Below, piece by piece: positions 12,561-26,040 of a DNA stretch of 57,863 nt. Origin of the DNA: Tubiluchus corallicola (taxonomy: Eukaryota > Animalia > Priapulida); contig JAQGDQ010001166.1 in NCBI GenBank assembly GCA_030141605.1, forward strand, positions 1 to 57,863. Reading direction: 5' to 3'. Numbering within the stretch: position 1 is the stretch's first letter; every line of letters starts with the position of its first letter. The notes under the pieces were generated by a model. The model ran no database searches and was not told where the DNA came from. It saw only the letters and a program-made list of their open reading frames with translations. A program made the translations under genes and the position numbers.

Positions 12561-13449
12561 ACAAAGAGAAAGAAAAACGGATCCATCCACAATGGAACCG
12601 TCAAGTCAACAATCCTGAATCGAAGTCAGAACATTCAGAAGCCAAGCCCAGCAACATTCCAAGCTTTTCATTAAAGTTTGGCATCGGACCATTCACAACA
12701 ATGGAACCCAGCATTTCGAAATTGCAAAAAGAGAAAAAAAGTCGCAACGATGGCAAAATCGAGATTCGCTAAACTCAGCTGCACTCACAAAAATCTCGCA
12801 AGCCGTCTCTGTTATGCAAGAATAATTATTGGTCTCCTGAATGACCAACGTGACCACCACAAAAGAGAAACAACGTTGGAAAATTTAAATTCTCGGACAC
12901 AAGAAAAGGTCAATTTGCCACACACATTTGTACGTACGCTGAAACACGATATATTCCAAAGTCACAAATGCTCCTTCCTCACCAAATAAAACTAGCATTA
13001 TATACAATGCTTAGAAAAATTGTGCCAGAACACTTGACCATTTGTTCTAGTTTTACTATACCTAAAATTAATTCAGCATTCTATAAAATGCCTAGGAAAA
13101 GTACATCAATTACCAAAGGATTACAAAATGTTGTATTATATATGCCTAGGAATGGTGTGGAAGAAATGATTTTAGATACTTTTCTAGTTTGTTTTTGGTA
13201 CTCCATAAAATTCCACAGGATTCACACTTTGCGTGTACCATATGCACCGTTGTCCTGTATAGAATAATGCAATGTTAGCAATGTTGATTCAAGCATTAAC
13301 TCGTGTGTACCCACGGCCATACGTCATCGCCGTATATTGTCACCTCATTCCCCTCCAACTAATTCAAAGTATGATTCTGGTACCCATAATTACTAAACAT
13401 TTAGGTAACTAAACATTGTGGATAAAAGGACACAACTGTTTTGAAGAAA

Positions 13450-13578
13450 GTGTGGCAAATTAAAATTGCTTCTGTTTTCTGTCAGACAAGCTACTGTCCT
13501 GTCTGTACCTGACACTGACAGACTGTGTTCGCTTTTACCTGAACGATACGCATAGTGTTCATGACGATTAGAAGTATG
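13450..13578 (-). repeat. Inverted dispersed copy of the sequence flanking the 32-bp satellite, containing only about one monomer
   Basis: The reverse complement ATACTTCTAATCGTCATGAACACTATGCGTATCGTTCAGGTAAAAGCGAACACAGTCTGTCAGTGTCAGGTACAGACAGG... aligns to 9011-9095. Confidence 0.8.
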
Positions 13579-13654
13579 ACGATTAAAAGCAATAATGATC
13601 CAAATATAATTATTCACATTTTGATGAATTTCTTTATTATGTACTGCAGGTAGG

Positions 13655-13810
13655 CCTTAGAGGCCACAGCTATAAGTTGTATGAAAATTATTGTAGTTTG
13701 AATATAATTCAATTTTCTTTTCGAAAAGAGTTGTGAAATTTGGAACTGCAACAAGAAATGGTAGATGCGAACTCTGTAAAAGTATTTGATTCAAAACTAA
13801 AAAATTAAGT
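13655..13810 (+). mobile_element. CR1-type LINE 3' end fragment
   Basis: Degenerate LRGHSYKL...SLNI...IWN...EMVDANSVKVFDSKL motif string. Confidence 0.6.
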
Positions 13811-13914
13811 ATAATGAACTATTGCAAATTTAGTCACAACTGATAATTTTGAGGTGCTTTTAGCGTTGGTGTTAATCTATTAATTTATCTATTAAATATC
13901 TGTTAATTTATAAT

Positions 13915-14112
13915 TATATATTTATATATCATATACATATATATATATATATATGTATATATATAATATTAGTTCTAATATATAAGATCTGTTATGTATT
14001 ATACATGTATGTATATATATATAGATAGATAGATAGATACAATAAATAAATAAATAAATATATATATAATATATATTATATATATAATATATAATATATA
14101 TTATATATTATA

Positions 14113-14173
<61 letters not shown>

Positions 14174-14331
14174 TTGTTTTTTGTTGTTTGTTTTCATGTA
14201 TGTATTGTATATGGATGGATGGATGGATGGATGGATGGATGGATGGATGGATAGACAGACAGACAGACAGATATAGATATAGATATAGATATAGATACAG
14301 ATACAGATACAGATACAGATACAGATATAAG

Positions 14332-14396
<65 letters not shown>

Positions 14397-14415
14397 GATA
14401 TAGATACAGATACAG

Positions 14416-14476
<61 letters not shown>

Positions 14477-14670
14477 TACAGATACAGATACAGATACAGA
14501 TACAGATACAGATACAGATACAGATACAGATACAGATACAGATACAGATACAGATACAGATACAGATACAGATACAGATACAGATACAGATACAGATACA
14601 GATATAAGATATAGATATAGATATAGATATAGATATAGATATAGATATAGATATAGATATAGATATAGAC
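13915..14670. repeat. Compound microsatellite: (TA)n, (GGAT)n, (GATACA)n, (CATATA)n, (GATATA)n
   Basis: Seen directly in the sequence. Confidence 0.95.
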
Positions 14671-15559
14671 TATAATTACGATTTTATTTTTGTGCAGTTT
14701 TTTCTGTAATTGTATTTTTGTGTTGAAGGAATAAACACAAATACAATTACGAATTATTAATATCAAGTAAATAGAATTTTAATCATCTATTTACTAACAC
14801 GCGAAACATAACACTGAAATCTCGAAGGCGTGATATAAACCTTGTGAACGATAATGGTGGGAGACATACACGTGAAGCTGACATTATCCTGTTTATTGCT
14901 ATCTGCGCCCTACGAACAAACATGTAATTATTTTCACGGAAATGAACACACTTTTTAGCTAGTTTTCTTATCCTTCCATTATCGTCAGCAATTCGTGTGT
15001 GAATACGAGGAAAAGTGCAGGTGAAAAACATGGAAATTAAAGATTTCATAAAATTCACGCTGAGCTTCTCTCGCTCACTGTGACTGCATCAATTTTCGGT
15101 GACGTCTGCGAAATGTTCAAGAAAAATTTACACAGCGCGAGTTGCCGATACGACAAAATTAATGGCTGATTTCCTTAGCAGTCTGATAAATTAACGGAAA
15201 TAAAATCTTGAAAATCTTTTACTGTTATTACTGTTACTAATGACTAGATATTTCAGAGTCGAGTTTTGCATTAAGATTTTAGAGGAACTAACCCATCGCA
15301 ATGACGTTATGACCCCCATTATGACCGTACCATACCATCACATCAAAAACTATAAATGGTACAGATACAGTATAGGATGAAGTTGAACGTACCAATGTTT
15401 TGGTATCCATAGATTAGTTGCCTCAATGTCTCGTTCTTTTCTTCATTCCTTCCCACTTTTCTTTCTTTATTTCTTTATTATTTTCTTTCCTTCCTTCCTT
15501 TGTTTCTTTTTTCCTTCCCTTCATACCGTCATTCTTTACTGCTTTCATTATTTATTTTC

Positions 15560-15920
15560 TCTCTTTCTCCCGACCCCCCCCTCCCTCCATCTCTCTCTCT
15601 CCCTCCGTCTCTCTCTCTCTCTCTCTTGCTCTCTCTCTCTCTCTGTTTCTCTTTCTCTCTGTGTGTCTCTCTTTCTCCCTCCCTCTCTCTCTCTCCCCCT
15701 CTCCCTCCATCTCTCTCTCTTTGTCTCTCTCTCTCCCGCTCTCCCTCCATCTCTCTCTTTGTCTCTCTCTCTCCCGCTCTCCCTCCATCTCTCTCTCTGT
15801 CTCTCTCTCTCCCTCTCTCTCTCTCGCTCTCTCCCTCGCGCTCTCTCTGTTTCTCTTTCTCTCTCTCTTTCTCTTTCCCTCTTTCCTTCTCTCCCCTCTC
15901 GTCTCTTTCTCTCACTCACT
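15560..15920. repeat. (CT)n-rich low-complexity tract
   Basis: Seen directly in the sequence. Confidence 0.92.
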
Positions 15921-16696
15921 CTATTTCCGTCTTTGCTCAGTTTTACTTTGAGATTCAATCCTCCTGACGAATCTAAATGAAACACTTATATGGCAAGCTG
16001 AAAGCGCAACCACAATTTAATATTCGTTCATCAATCCATTAGCGCAGAGCGTCTCATATCATATGCGTGTATAGTGAACAGCCATATACAATCGTAAACT
16101 GTTTAATATTACAAAGGAAGACTAGCAACATCATCTATACCTTTGTGAAGAAGGCAGCTGCTGGCGGTATTCTCTTATTGAATTAAACTGATACATATCA
16201 TATTCCTGCTAACCCCCCCCCCTGGACTGAAGTTCGCCATTGATGACGACAGAGGTAGCTTCACGTGACACAATGCTGAAGAAATATAGTGGTTTGACCG
16301 GAATATGATTCAGGATGACAACGGTGGTTTGATCCAAGTCAATTTGAGGAGCGTGTCAAACCATCATAGGAGGCAGCGCACAACGCCAGAAAGATTTGAT
16401 GCAGTAACTATGACCGAAAGAAGTCTCGTGCTAAATGATGCATTCTGTTTATCAAAAGTAATTTACGAATTATGGAGGGGGTCATTTTTACCCCCCCCCC
16501 CCACGGTTACCAAAATCGGTTGTAAAAAATCGTGACGCTATAAGGGTTAAAAGCAGTATGGCTAAAAATATATAGTATTCCAAACCGCAATTATAATCCT
16601 AAAAAATCTCTAGTCCATCTAAAAATTTATTATTGATATTTAAATTAAAAGCGCTGATTTAAATTAAAACTACTCATTTAGACATTCTTGTTTCAG

Positions 16697-17050
16697 ATAT
16701 CAAGACTTTCAAAGACGCCTGTCAGACTAAGTGTTCTCTTTGGAAGACCTAGTTCACGTGACAACAAATCTACCAATTGTAAAAGCTCCCGTTCTCATTT
16801 AAGGAAAGCATTTCTAGACAACCGCTCAAAATCACTTCCGCTATCACCTTCAGGAACGTCGGGCGCTTTCAACGTGAAAAAGGCCAAAAGTCACAGTTTC
16901 GATCAACCCGTGGAACTAACTTCATTGACAAAAGTCAAAAGTGATACAGACCTAGATCCTCGATTATCCGGCATTATTAAAGCGGCTTTAGATATACCTA
17001 CCACAATCAGCGAAGAAAAATCCGGTTTTTCTTATCACGACTGTGACTGA
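16697..17050 (+). CDS. Probable terminal exon of the GPCR (Ser/Thr/Lys-rich cytoplasmic tail, 117 aa)
   Basis: Acceptor ttcttgtttcag|ATA in phase 0 matches the phase-0 donor at 7971. The frame is open and non-repetitive (ISRLSKTP...YHDCD*). The link to the GPCR is inferred. Confidence 0.7.
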   Translation: MSRLSKTPVRLSVLFGRPSSRDNKSTNCKSSRSHLRKAFLDNRSKSLPLSPSGTSGAFNVKKAKSHSFDQPVELTSLTKVKSDTDLDPRLSGIIKAALDIPTTISEEKSGFSYHDCD

Positions 17051-17733
17051 CATCCGTGTGAAACTGATTCTATTAGTAAAGGATTTGACACGAGCTGTGG
17101 GCAAGGAAATAGGTGGAGAGAGCTGTTACTGAATTAAAGTTTGCCTACAATTATTAAGCCTGTCAGCTTTTACAATTAAAGAATCAAACAACACAATCAT
17201 TAACAAGTCACCAGGAATTATATTATAATAACTATACTAGCGGGTACAATCACAGAATCAAATAACATAATTATTATCAATACTAAAATACCACTATACT
17301 AAAACACAGCGGAGCAATTAGCCTGACTAACCCACAGGTCTAAATGTTCAAGGTAGACCTGTCATACACAGCTTAAATACAGAAAACTAGAACAATACGT
17401 ACAGTAAGATTAGAGGGAAATACAAAGCCTACTATTGCTGTAGTTCTTATCAGAGTTTCGTCTAATTCGACTAAAAGAATTGTCCAAGGTTTTACATCAT
17501 CTGTACCAATTTTCAAGCATTTTGCTTTATTTGTTAGAAAAACCTAGAAAAAGGAAAGTGTATAGTGACGTAAACACCTTGTATTTCGCTGTTTTCATTT
17601 TTTACGATACGGTCATAACTGCTAGTGCAACTTATTCACAAACCTTTTGTTGTAAATCTAAAGACGTTTTCTGTTTTGCTCTGCAGATTTTTATATGAGT
17701 ACTGTGTTGACTGTTTTTCTAGGCATTGGCTGG

Positions 17734-18043
<310 letters not shown>

Positions 18044-18926
18044 TTGGCTGTAATAAGATAAGAATATTTTGAGGCTTTCGACCAAGTGGCAACTGTAAAA
18101 TGCAGCCAAAGAGATTAATTGTAGTAAAAATCGGTTATATTATCGCTAGTCGCAAGTGAGCCTGTAATATGATGCATGGTTTTACCATACCTGAGACTGT
18201 TTAACGATTTCCCAATAAATGGGGCGCTTACTAATTGAATTTTTGTGTTACTTAGCCATTGCTTGAACGGTTTGTGACAATAAGGTTGTCGATAATATTT
18301 GTAATTTTACAATGTATGTTACAACATATTAGTCCAATAAATATTACTTTCGTATTGGAACTCGAAGGCGTGATTTAATAGCAGAGAGAAATTGGTTTAT
18401 TTTAGGTTATTCAGTGGGCAGTTTTTAAGTTATGCGTTGCTGACTTTGGCTAGTGTTTAGGAGGGTGATGGGTGGAAATCCTGGAGCGAAAACAAAGAAT
18501 ATGTTCAATTGCCAATCAACTGGATGACGTTCATCTAATCAAAACAAAACGGAAGTAGGACTGTAAAAACCTGTTTAAGAACGACGTCCATTTTTTGCTA
18601 CGACATATCATTTTTCATATATTAATTTCATTCAGGGATACAGGATTAGCTGCTAAATTTCAGGGCATTTCCTGGAATTACATGAACGTGTACAAACACG
18701 CGGCAAAGAGGCACCTTTTTTACCATAGATGTGCAAGGTCTATAGCAGAAACAGAAGTTTGAAATGCATTTACACGGCGTGCTACGTTTTATTTTTACAC
18801 TGGGGAGTGTGAACTATTTCTATAAATTTTTCTGTCACTAAAACTAACTTCCTGTAATAAACGTAAAACTGTAATCTTTGTAATAAAATTAAAAAAAATA
18901 ATGATGTCAGAACAAGTATATATATA

Positions 18927-19386
18927 CCGTATTTTCCCGTGTATAAGAGACCCTTGTGTATAAGAGACCCCTTCAATTTTTAGGCAAAAATTCTGGAAAA
19001 AAGTTTTTTGGTAATGAATAACTTTATTCATCATAGAAATCATTAAATTCCTCATCACTCTCATCAAAAATATCAACTGGAGTCAGACCTTCAGCAATTC
19101 CAGCCAGTTCATCATCAGAGGAGTCACTCTGCTCAAAAATGGCATTGTCCTCTGTGCCGTCCATGGCATTGGAGATGCCACACTTCTTGAAAGATTTAAT
19201 AATGACCTCTGGCTTTACACCATTCCATGCCTTGAGGCACTTGTAGAGCACTTATTTCTTTAAAATCATTAGTGTCACAATTTATGCATCTTATTGAAAA
19301 GACTTACTCCCATGTATAAGAGACCCCCTATTTTTAAAGTGAAAATTCTGAGCAAAAAAGGGTCTCTTATACACGGGAAAATACGG
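18927..19386 (-). mobile_element. Internally deleted pogo/Tigger (Tc1-mariner superfamily) element retaining the transposase C-terminus
   Basis: Perfect 27-bp TIR CCGTATTTTCCCGTGTATAAGAGACCC and TA TSD. 19024-19251(-) encodes AWNGVKPEVIIKSFKKCGISNAMDGTEDNAIF plus an acidic tail, typical of pogo transposases. Confidence 0.9.
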
Positions 19387-20272
19387 TATATATGTGTGTG
19401 TGTAATTTCATAACATTTAATATCTAGTTTTTCTAAAATGCTATTATAAAACTCAGATGTTTTATAATACGTTCTACCCATAATACATGTAATAATAGAT
19501 TTAGCAGCATAAGCTTTCATTAAAATACACTGTCGAGCACTCGCTGAAAGCTAGTGGCGCCATCAATTGGCAAACAAGGAACTAAACGTACACTAATATC
19601 TCAATACCCATGAAAGAAGAAAACTAAAAGAGTTAATCGCCTTTCATCAAACAGGAGCATGTAGATTTTTGCAGATTTTTGTGAAACTGGGTCTAGGTTA
19701 AAAAGTTTGCATTTATATTATATTGCCAACTTGATTTTAAAAAGAATAATTTTTCTGTGATTGTCAATAATCATGTCCAACAAAATTTTCTAAAATTATA
19801 TACATTCTGTGCTCCAAGTACTGCAATACCCCGTTTAATATGAACGTAAAAGAGAGAAAAACAAAATTTTAAATTTATGTTATGCTGTATTTGTGAGCTG
19901 TGCGTGTTTGTGAGCTGTGCGTGTTTGTAAGCTGTGCGTGTTTGTGAGCGTACGTGCGTGTGTGCGTGTTTGTGAGCTGATAACAAAGCTACCTGTAGGC
20001 CTAGTATGATTTTATTTTGCAAGGAGACCTGGATCAGTGCATACCTGCTGCTCTTTTCACTGCACAAACAACAGAGCTGCTGTGCTGTAAACCTGTAAGA
20101 TGTATACCCTAGGAATCTAGGTATTTAAATCTTCTTATGGCTAAACCCTAAAAGCTCAGTCAGAAAGAAGTAATCTTCATGTCGTCGTGAACACATTAAA
20201 TGTGGGTTTTTAGATACTATCATTTTTAATTAGGAATCATAACTTTTCTCGCTGATGTGTCTCATTTTCCTG

Positions 20273-21224
20273 CATATCGCCGCTTAATAGACTCACGGTT
20301 AATAGACTCAATCACTTAATTGACTCAAAAATGTCTGGAACGGGCCGATTCTATTCAAATATAGATAAAAGTATCGGTAATTGACTCAAATAACTTCGCT
20401 TAATTGACTCAATATTTTTCCTTCCCTTACTTAGAATAAGATATTTGTATGTGCCCAAAGAGCCTTTCCTACTTTTATGTCATCTTTACTTCCCTTTTGT
20501 GCTCTATGTACGCAGAAACAATCATGTTAAGTACCGTTTTGTTTGTAAGCAGGTACGTTTATCATGCGCTAATACGCTAGCGTAGCAGTTTTGCTAATCT
20601 GTTACCAGCTCACCCACTGCAATTAACCTCGTTACCCAAAGAATTTCTGGAAGTTAAACTTGCCTAGCGGTTTCCTTTTGATGCTCTAGTTGCAAACCAC
20701 GCTTTCAGGCTTAATGAATTAACAGTCAAAGATGCAAGTACAGTCTAGTCAGCCAGTATTCCTTACAAGACTAAACTTCGTACAGCAAATAAGAGCAATG
20801 TAAGTGAGTAGACGATTCAGAACTGTTTTAGTCGCACAACAACAGATTTTCTACGTTTTTACAATCACGAGACTTTGTGGGCCAACTTCTTCGCGAGAAA
20901 ATGAAGCAGCCAACTCTGAAGGGTTTTTTTTATTTTTGCAAATAAACAGACTTGTGTGATGTAGAACCGTACACTTTTTAATTTATTGCTAATTCACTTA
21001 TACAAATTAATATTTTAAAATATTTTTTCTAATTTTTAACTACACGAAGTAATTTAGGCATTACTTCGTTTCTAAAATTGATTAAAAGCCTTTGCAGTGC
21101 AATGTAAGCTGATGACTCACACTTCTATACCTGTAATGCTACTACAGCCATCGGTTAATAGGTTCAGTCTGTTAATTGGGTCAAAACACGGTCCCAAGGT
21201 GAGTCTAATAAGCGGCGACTACTG
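20273..21224. mobile_element. Tigger/pogo-like non-autonomous element
   Basis: Imperfect TIR ..TCGCCGCTTAATAGACTCAC / GTGAGTCTAATAAGCGGCGACTACTG, with repeated subterminal TTAAT(A/T)GACTCA motifs. Confidence 0.65.
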
Positions 21225-21834
21225 TGTTTCGCAATCCATTGAAAACCTGAAACTTTCGTCTCTAAATTTAAGGCCTGATGATTCGTCGCAAACGTGAGTC
21301 AGTGATACGCAAAAGTTCGAATGACAGCTTTGCGTGATACCCATGAAATTTAACTTTTTTTCCTGCTTCTTTATGATTTACCTTATCACAGTCTGAGAGT
21401 CTCCATTTCTTCTCACGTGACCGCTGCTTTTGCTTCAGAGCTTCGTTACTTTTCATCGGCAAAATGTGATAGTCTAGATACAGTATTGTCGCAAGCGATG
21501 CAAACTTGTAATCAGGTCACAGTACAAAGATTTCGGTGATTGAAAGGTAGAATAAATGATGGATGATGCAATCAGGAGTTGCGTGTTTAATTTTATACAA
21601 TGTAACCAAAGTTAAATTGACATAAGTCGTTAAATGCGACATGTACACTCATACGAGATGCGTGTTGTAATAATAATAATAATAAATCGACCAGTAATCA
21701 AAAAATCAATAATCTTTAGCGTCATATGTAGTAAGTTTATTGATGAACAACACAGTATACAATACAATGTACATAAAAATCACGCATTCCACAAAAACGT
21801 CCCAACACTTGGCCATAATCCTCACATTAAATGT

Positions 21835-22030
21835 ATCCCAATAATTCACTGCCTCATTTTCACGAAGAATTTTAAACAAACACGCACTAATAACAAATAT
21901 GGCAACAATTCTATCACTAAACAAGGAGTTCAACTTTGGAATACCCTGCCATCAAATTTAACACAAATCAAGTCTTTCGACGAATTCAAATCAAAATTAA
22001 AAATACATACATTAAATCGTTTTGAAAACC
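21835..22030 (+). mobile_element. LINE (L2/Crack-type) ORF2 3' fragment
   Basis: Reads RTNNKYGNNSITKQGVQLWNTLPSNLTQIKSFDEFKSKLK. Confidence 0.7.
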
Positions 22031-22469
22031 CTACATACGTTAATGATAATATATTCATTCGCAAATTTTATTTACCCACGCCCATTTTAAATTATATGTA
22101 TATATTGTATATAGTCTATTATAATTTCCGTGTAATACTATAATGTATATTTTGTTTTAAATTTTTGGCACAGTAGTTTTTAGTTTGCACTGGACGCATT
22201 TGCCTTTAACAGTTGTGTGAATTTTATTCTCATGCTGCGATGTTCTTTTATGCTTTTATAGTTATGAATATCGATTTTTTATGGCAAATAGAGATTATTT
22301 TATATATATTATATATATATAAATATATATATATATATAATTAAGTGAATACTTAAGTAAAATCAACAAATCGGGCAGAACCGGGTATATCTGTAGAGAC
22401 ATGAATACAGTACCAAAAGAAAGCATTTATAAGTGACCGTATAAATTCTCTAACCAATTTGTACCAATT

Positions 22470-22900
22470 ATCACCCCTAATAATCTTGATACACCAATTT
22501 ACGCAAGTGTTACTCTTTACCAAGTTTCTGATCACCTTCCTATATTTGCTGTAACACAATCTGCTCACCTTTATAAACAACAATGCAGAACACCATTAGA
22601 TCCACAAGAAAGATTAACTGTCAGTTATTCAGATACAAGTGACGATGACTAGCTTAATGAATTTGCAGAACAGTTTTGCAAACAATGAACATCCATGCCC
22701 TGTTAAATTCTTTAAAAATCGAAAAAAACAAAATTTTAGTAAACTATGGATAACTACTGATATATGACAATTGATTAAAATGCACACTTCACACACTATG
22801 TAATTCACTATATAGAAAACATCAATACAATAACTATTCAAAAAAACTAAACCGCATCAAAGAACAATCCAAGAAAAATTACTACAATAAACCATATTTA
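22470..22900 (+). mobile_element. Degenerate LINE ORF2 fragment (end of APE endonuclease plus linker)
   Basis: About 22512-22553 translates as TLYQVSDHLPIFAV (the SDH motif). The downstream sequence is frameshifted. Confidence 0.55.
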
Positions 22901-23532
22901 CTATAAGTTAATATAATTATTATGAAAACGGATAATAATTATTATAATTCCGGATTGTTTCATCAGTGACGCGTCCTTCTTAAACTTATTGGTCATTTTA
23001 GTTCATATCCATATTAATAACATAATATAATAATAGTACCGTTATTTATTATTCATTTAGTTTAAAACCAGTATCACATTACAGGGGTTTGCAAATTACA
23101 GGGGGCTGCATAACCAGATTAATTAATTAGCTATTTTGCTGACATTTAGTTAGTATTACTCGTACAATTTTGCTTTATTAATTTTACCTCTTTTTATTAA
23201 ACCTGTTGTTAAACCTCTGCTAATTGTTTTGTCTCTCGCGTTATACATTTATGTTATCTCTCTAAAGTTGTTTCTCAAGTGCACGACTTAGTGATAAAAC
23301 TGCAAAAACCGCCTCGTAGTTGATAAAATCACTTCAAAGTCTTAGCTAATTTCGTGAATTTTTTGCACGAATATTTAGGTAAGTTGCAGAAATTTGAATT
23401 AGTTTAAGCGAGACGCGGCTTTAGGAAAGCCACGTTGCGCGTACGAAAAGTAACACGGTCCATCGTCACGTGAAATTTTCAAGTGAAAGGTGGCAACTAC
23501 CCTGCCCGAAAATTTTTGTATACTGATAGTAT

Positions 23533-23923
23533 TGTCACGAAGGTAGATTATGACCAACCCCCTAATGTTAGTAATGGGTATGGTCGAGAAGCCCAGTAAT
23601 GCAAATGTACCTGTATAAAACAGAATGCATGCCGTAATTTGACGATTCCAACCTGGCCTTTCTGTCTGTAAAGGTGAATGCTGTAGGTTTGATAATTTTT
23701 ATACAAAAGTCTGTTCACATGTCATGGAGCTAATGGTTGTGCATTAAAGTTTATTTTACATTCGTATTCTTTTTACTTTTCTCGTCTGCTGTAAAGTATT
23801 TCATAACTTGTATGCCGCTCTATACATCCTGAGACGGATTGGCGCTGGAACCCGAAGCCGTTACACTGGTGTCAGAAGTGGGATCCGAAATTACCGTCCG
23901 GAATGGAACCCGGATCCGTTACA
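23533..23923 (+). mobile_element. Gypsy-type LTR with primer-binding site; internally deleted element
   Basis: LTR TGTCAC...GTTACA (23533-23865), then PBS TGGTGTCAGAAGTGGGAT (23867-23884), then a second LTR end GGAACCCGGATCCGTTACA ending at 23923. The flanks are GTAT/ATAT (near 4-bp TSD). Confidence 0.7.
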
Positions 23924-24419
23924 ATATTTTGAATTCATCTTAGAACTTCAAACAAAATTCAACATTGACAGAATCGTAATGACATGTGTAAAACATTTCA
24001 ATTCAGTTTGATGAAGATTTTGGCACTACGCGCTTAGATTTCAAGTGTCTTTTGATTTTTGCCTGTATAACACTGAGATAATACTTGCTGCAAATATGTA
24101 TTAACTTTTGGTTTACGCATATTTTACTAATAATTTCTTTCTTATATTTTTCTAGGTTTAAGTGATAATAGTAAAATAAACCCAACGTGCTAAGTGAGTT
24201 GTTCTTTCCTTATATAAGTTTCGACAGAAGACGTTTAGCAACCACTGTAGCAAATTTCAAGAATAACTTAAAGATTTTACTGTCAGGAATTTAGATTTAC
24301 GAGAAATCCTCAAGCAGCCGATAAATACAGTAAAAATGATATTAATAATTTGTATATTAGCAATTTGGAAATATAAGTGTCGCAACAGATATCTGCAGTT
24401 TGTATCCAGAATATTCCAG

Positions 24420-24800
24420 TTCCAGGAGGTAACAAGAAATCTGAGATTTTAGCCTGCACCTTTCTATCACTTCAAGGCATTTTTAATGACTTCCTGTACA
24501 ATATTGTTTATGCAGATAATAATATGTGCCAGTGTTTAGAAGAGAGGCAGAATCCTCATCATTTGTTACTGGAATGTAAATTCGTAAATCGTATTAAAAG
24601 AGAAAATTTTGTAATCGTCTTACAGCATCAGGATGTTAATTATATGTTATATATTGTTTATGCAGATAATAATATGTGCCAGTGTTAAAAAGGGAGGCAG
24701 AATTCACATCATTTGCTATTTGAATGTAAATTCGTAAATCGTATTAAAAGAGAAAATTTTGTAAGCGTCTTACAGCATCAGGATGTTAATTATATATTAT
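24420..24800 (+). mobile_element. LINE 3' fragment with Cys/His knuckle, tandemly duplicated (~150 bp); another copy at 40165-40330
   Basis: Reads GIFNDFLYNIVYADNNMCQCLEERQNPHHLLLEC. The sequence repeats at about 24500-24645 and 24650-24795. Confidence 0.65.
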
Positions 24801-25795
24801 ACATTGTTAGGACTTGCCCGGAGCAATGTAGCTGCTGCACCCCTCTCTCCTTGGGCCTGTGTTTGGACATATGCAGGTCCTGACATGTAAATAAGTTGAC
24901 TTTTGCAGCACACTCCAGGCCAGGGAAGCAATATACCGGTGTCATCAGGACTCGGATTTCTCAAAGTGAAAAATGACAGATCCCGCAGCAGTAATAATTG
25001 TTTTTCCACATTTTTTCGAAGCGCAAACCATGTCATGACCTTGGTATGTTCATCAGCTTTTATTTGCGTCTCGAGTTTTAGGTATTTTTCTTTTTACTGT
25101 TTCAGGGACCTGACTAAACATTGAAACTTCGCCTTATTGCAGTCATCGCCTTAAACTCGTGATAAGTAATTTGTAGAATTCAGAGAACTCTGTTATGATT
25201 TGTAGTCTATAAGTATATTCACATCTATCAAGTAATAGTAAACCAAAAACTTTGATAACTTTGTGAAGGTACAAAGATTTACAAACTACCTTTTAGAATT
25301 AGCTCAAAGGCCTATCCGGTGAAAATAGGGTAAACTCGTTTCAACAACTAGACAATCAGAAATAATTACTTCATTTTAAACTAGGCCTGCTTAAATAAAA
25401 ATATTGTTGATTTTCATAAGATTGATTTAGGACCTGATGTAATTTCTAAAATGAAGTTGTTATTTCAAAAATTTAAAAAAATCATTAACCAGATTTCGCA
25501 TAGGAACATGAAGAATATGAGTACCCTAAAGGCTATTTCCTCTTGCGCCGAGACACACACTTAATGTTCCCGCCAAACTGAAGCCATTTCCACTTATTCA
25601 TATTTGATGCGCGTCATAACTAAACATCTGTGAACATTTGTAGAAAAATCTCTTGTTAGATAAGATCGTGTGTGAATCTTAAACATCCTCAAAATGACTG
25701 TGCAAAGCCATTTATGATGTGAGATAATTCGAACAAAAGGCAGAGAAAATTGTGATAACAGAGTGGAGCAGTTTTCGGGATATATGTTTATGGCT

Positions 25796-26040
25796 TCGTC
25801 ATCATCATCATCGTCATCGTCATCATCGCCATCACTATCACCTTCATCATTGTCGTCGCCGTCATCATCATCACCATCATCATCGTCATCGTTATCGTCA
25901 TCATTGCTATCACCATCGTCATCGTCATTGTCGTCGCCGTCTTTATTATTATCATCATGATCATCATTATTGTCGTCTTCATCCTCGTCCTTATTGCGTT
26001 GTCGTCGTCGTCATCACAGTTGCCGTCATCAGCGTCGTCT
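25796..26040. repeat. Degenerate (CAT/CGT)n trinucleotide tract
   Basis: Seen directly. It produces the poly-His, poly-Ser and Met/Thr ORFs. Confidence 0.85.

Noticed and set aside
12678-13267. 103-aa and 99-aa ORFs in the GPCR intron
   Set aside because: No recognisable motif. They lie in sequence that appears to belong to a decayed dispersed repeat.
14118-15985. Dipeptide-repeat ORFs (YI, SL, RE); likewise those at 46858-47528, 49551-49974, 53122-54107 and 55553-56130
   Set aside because: They are microsatellite translations.
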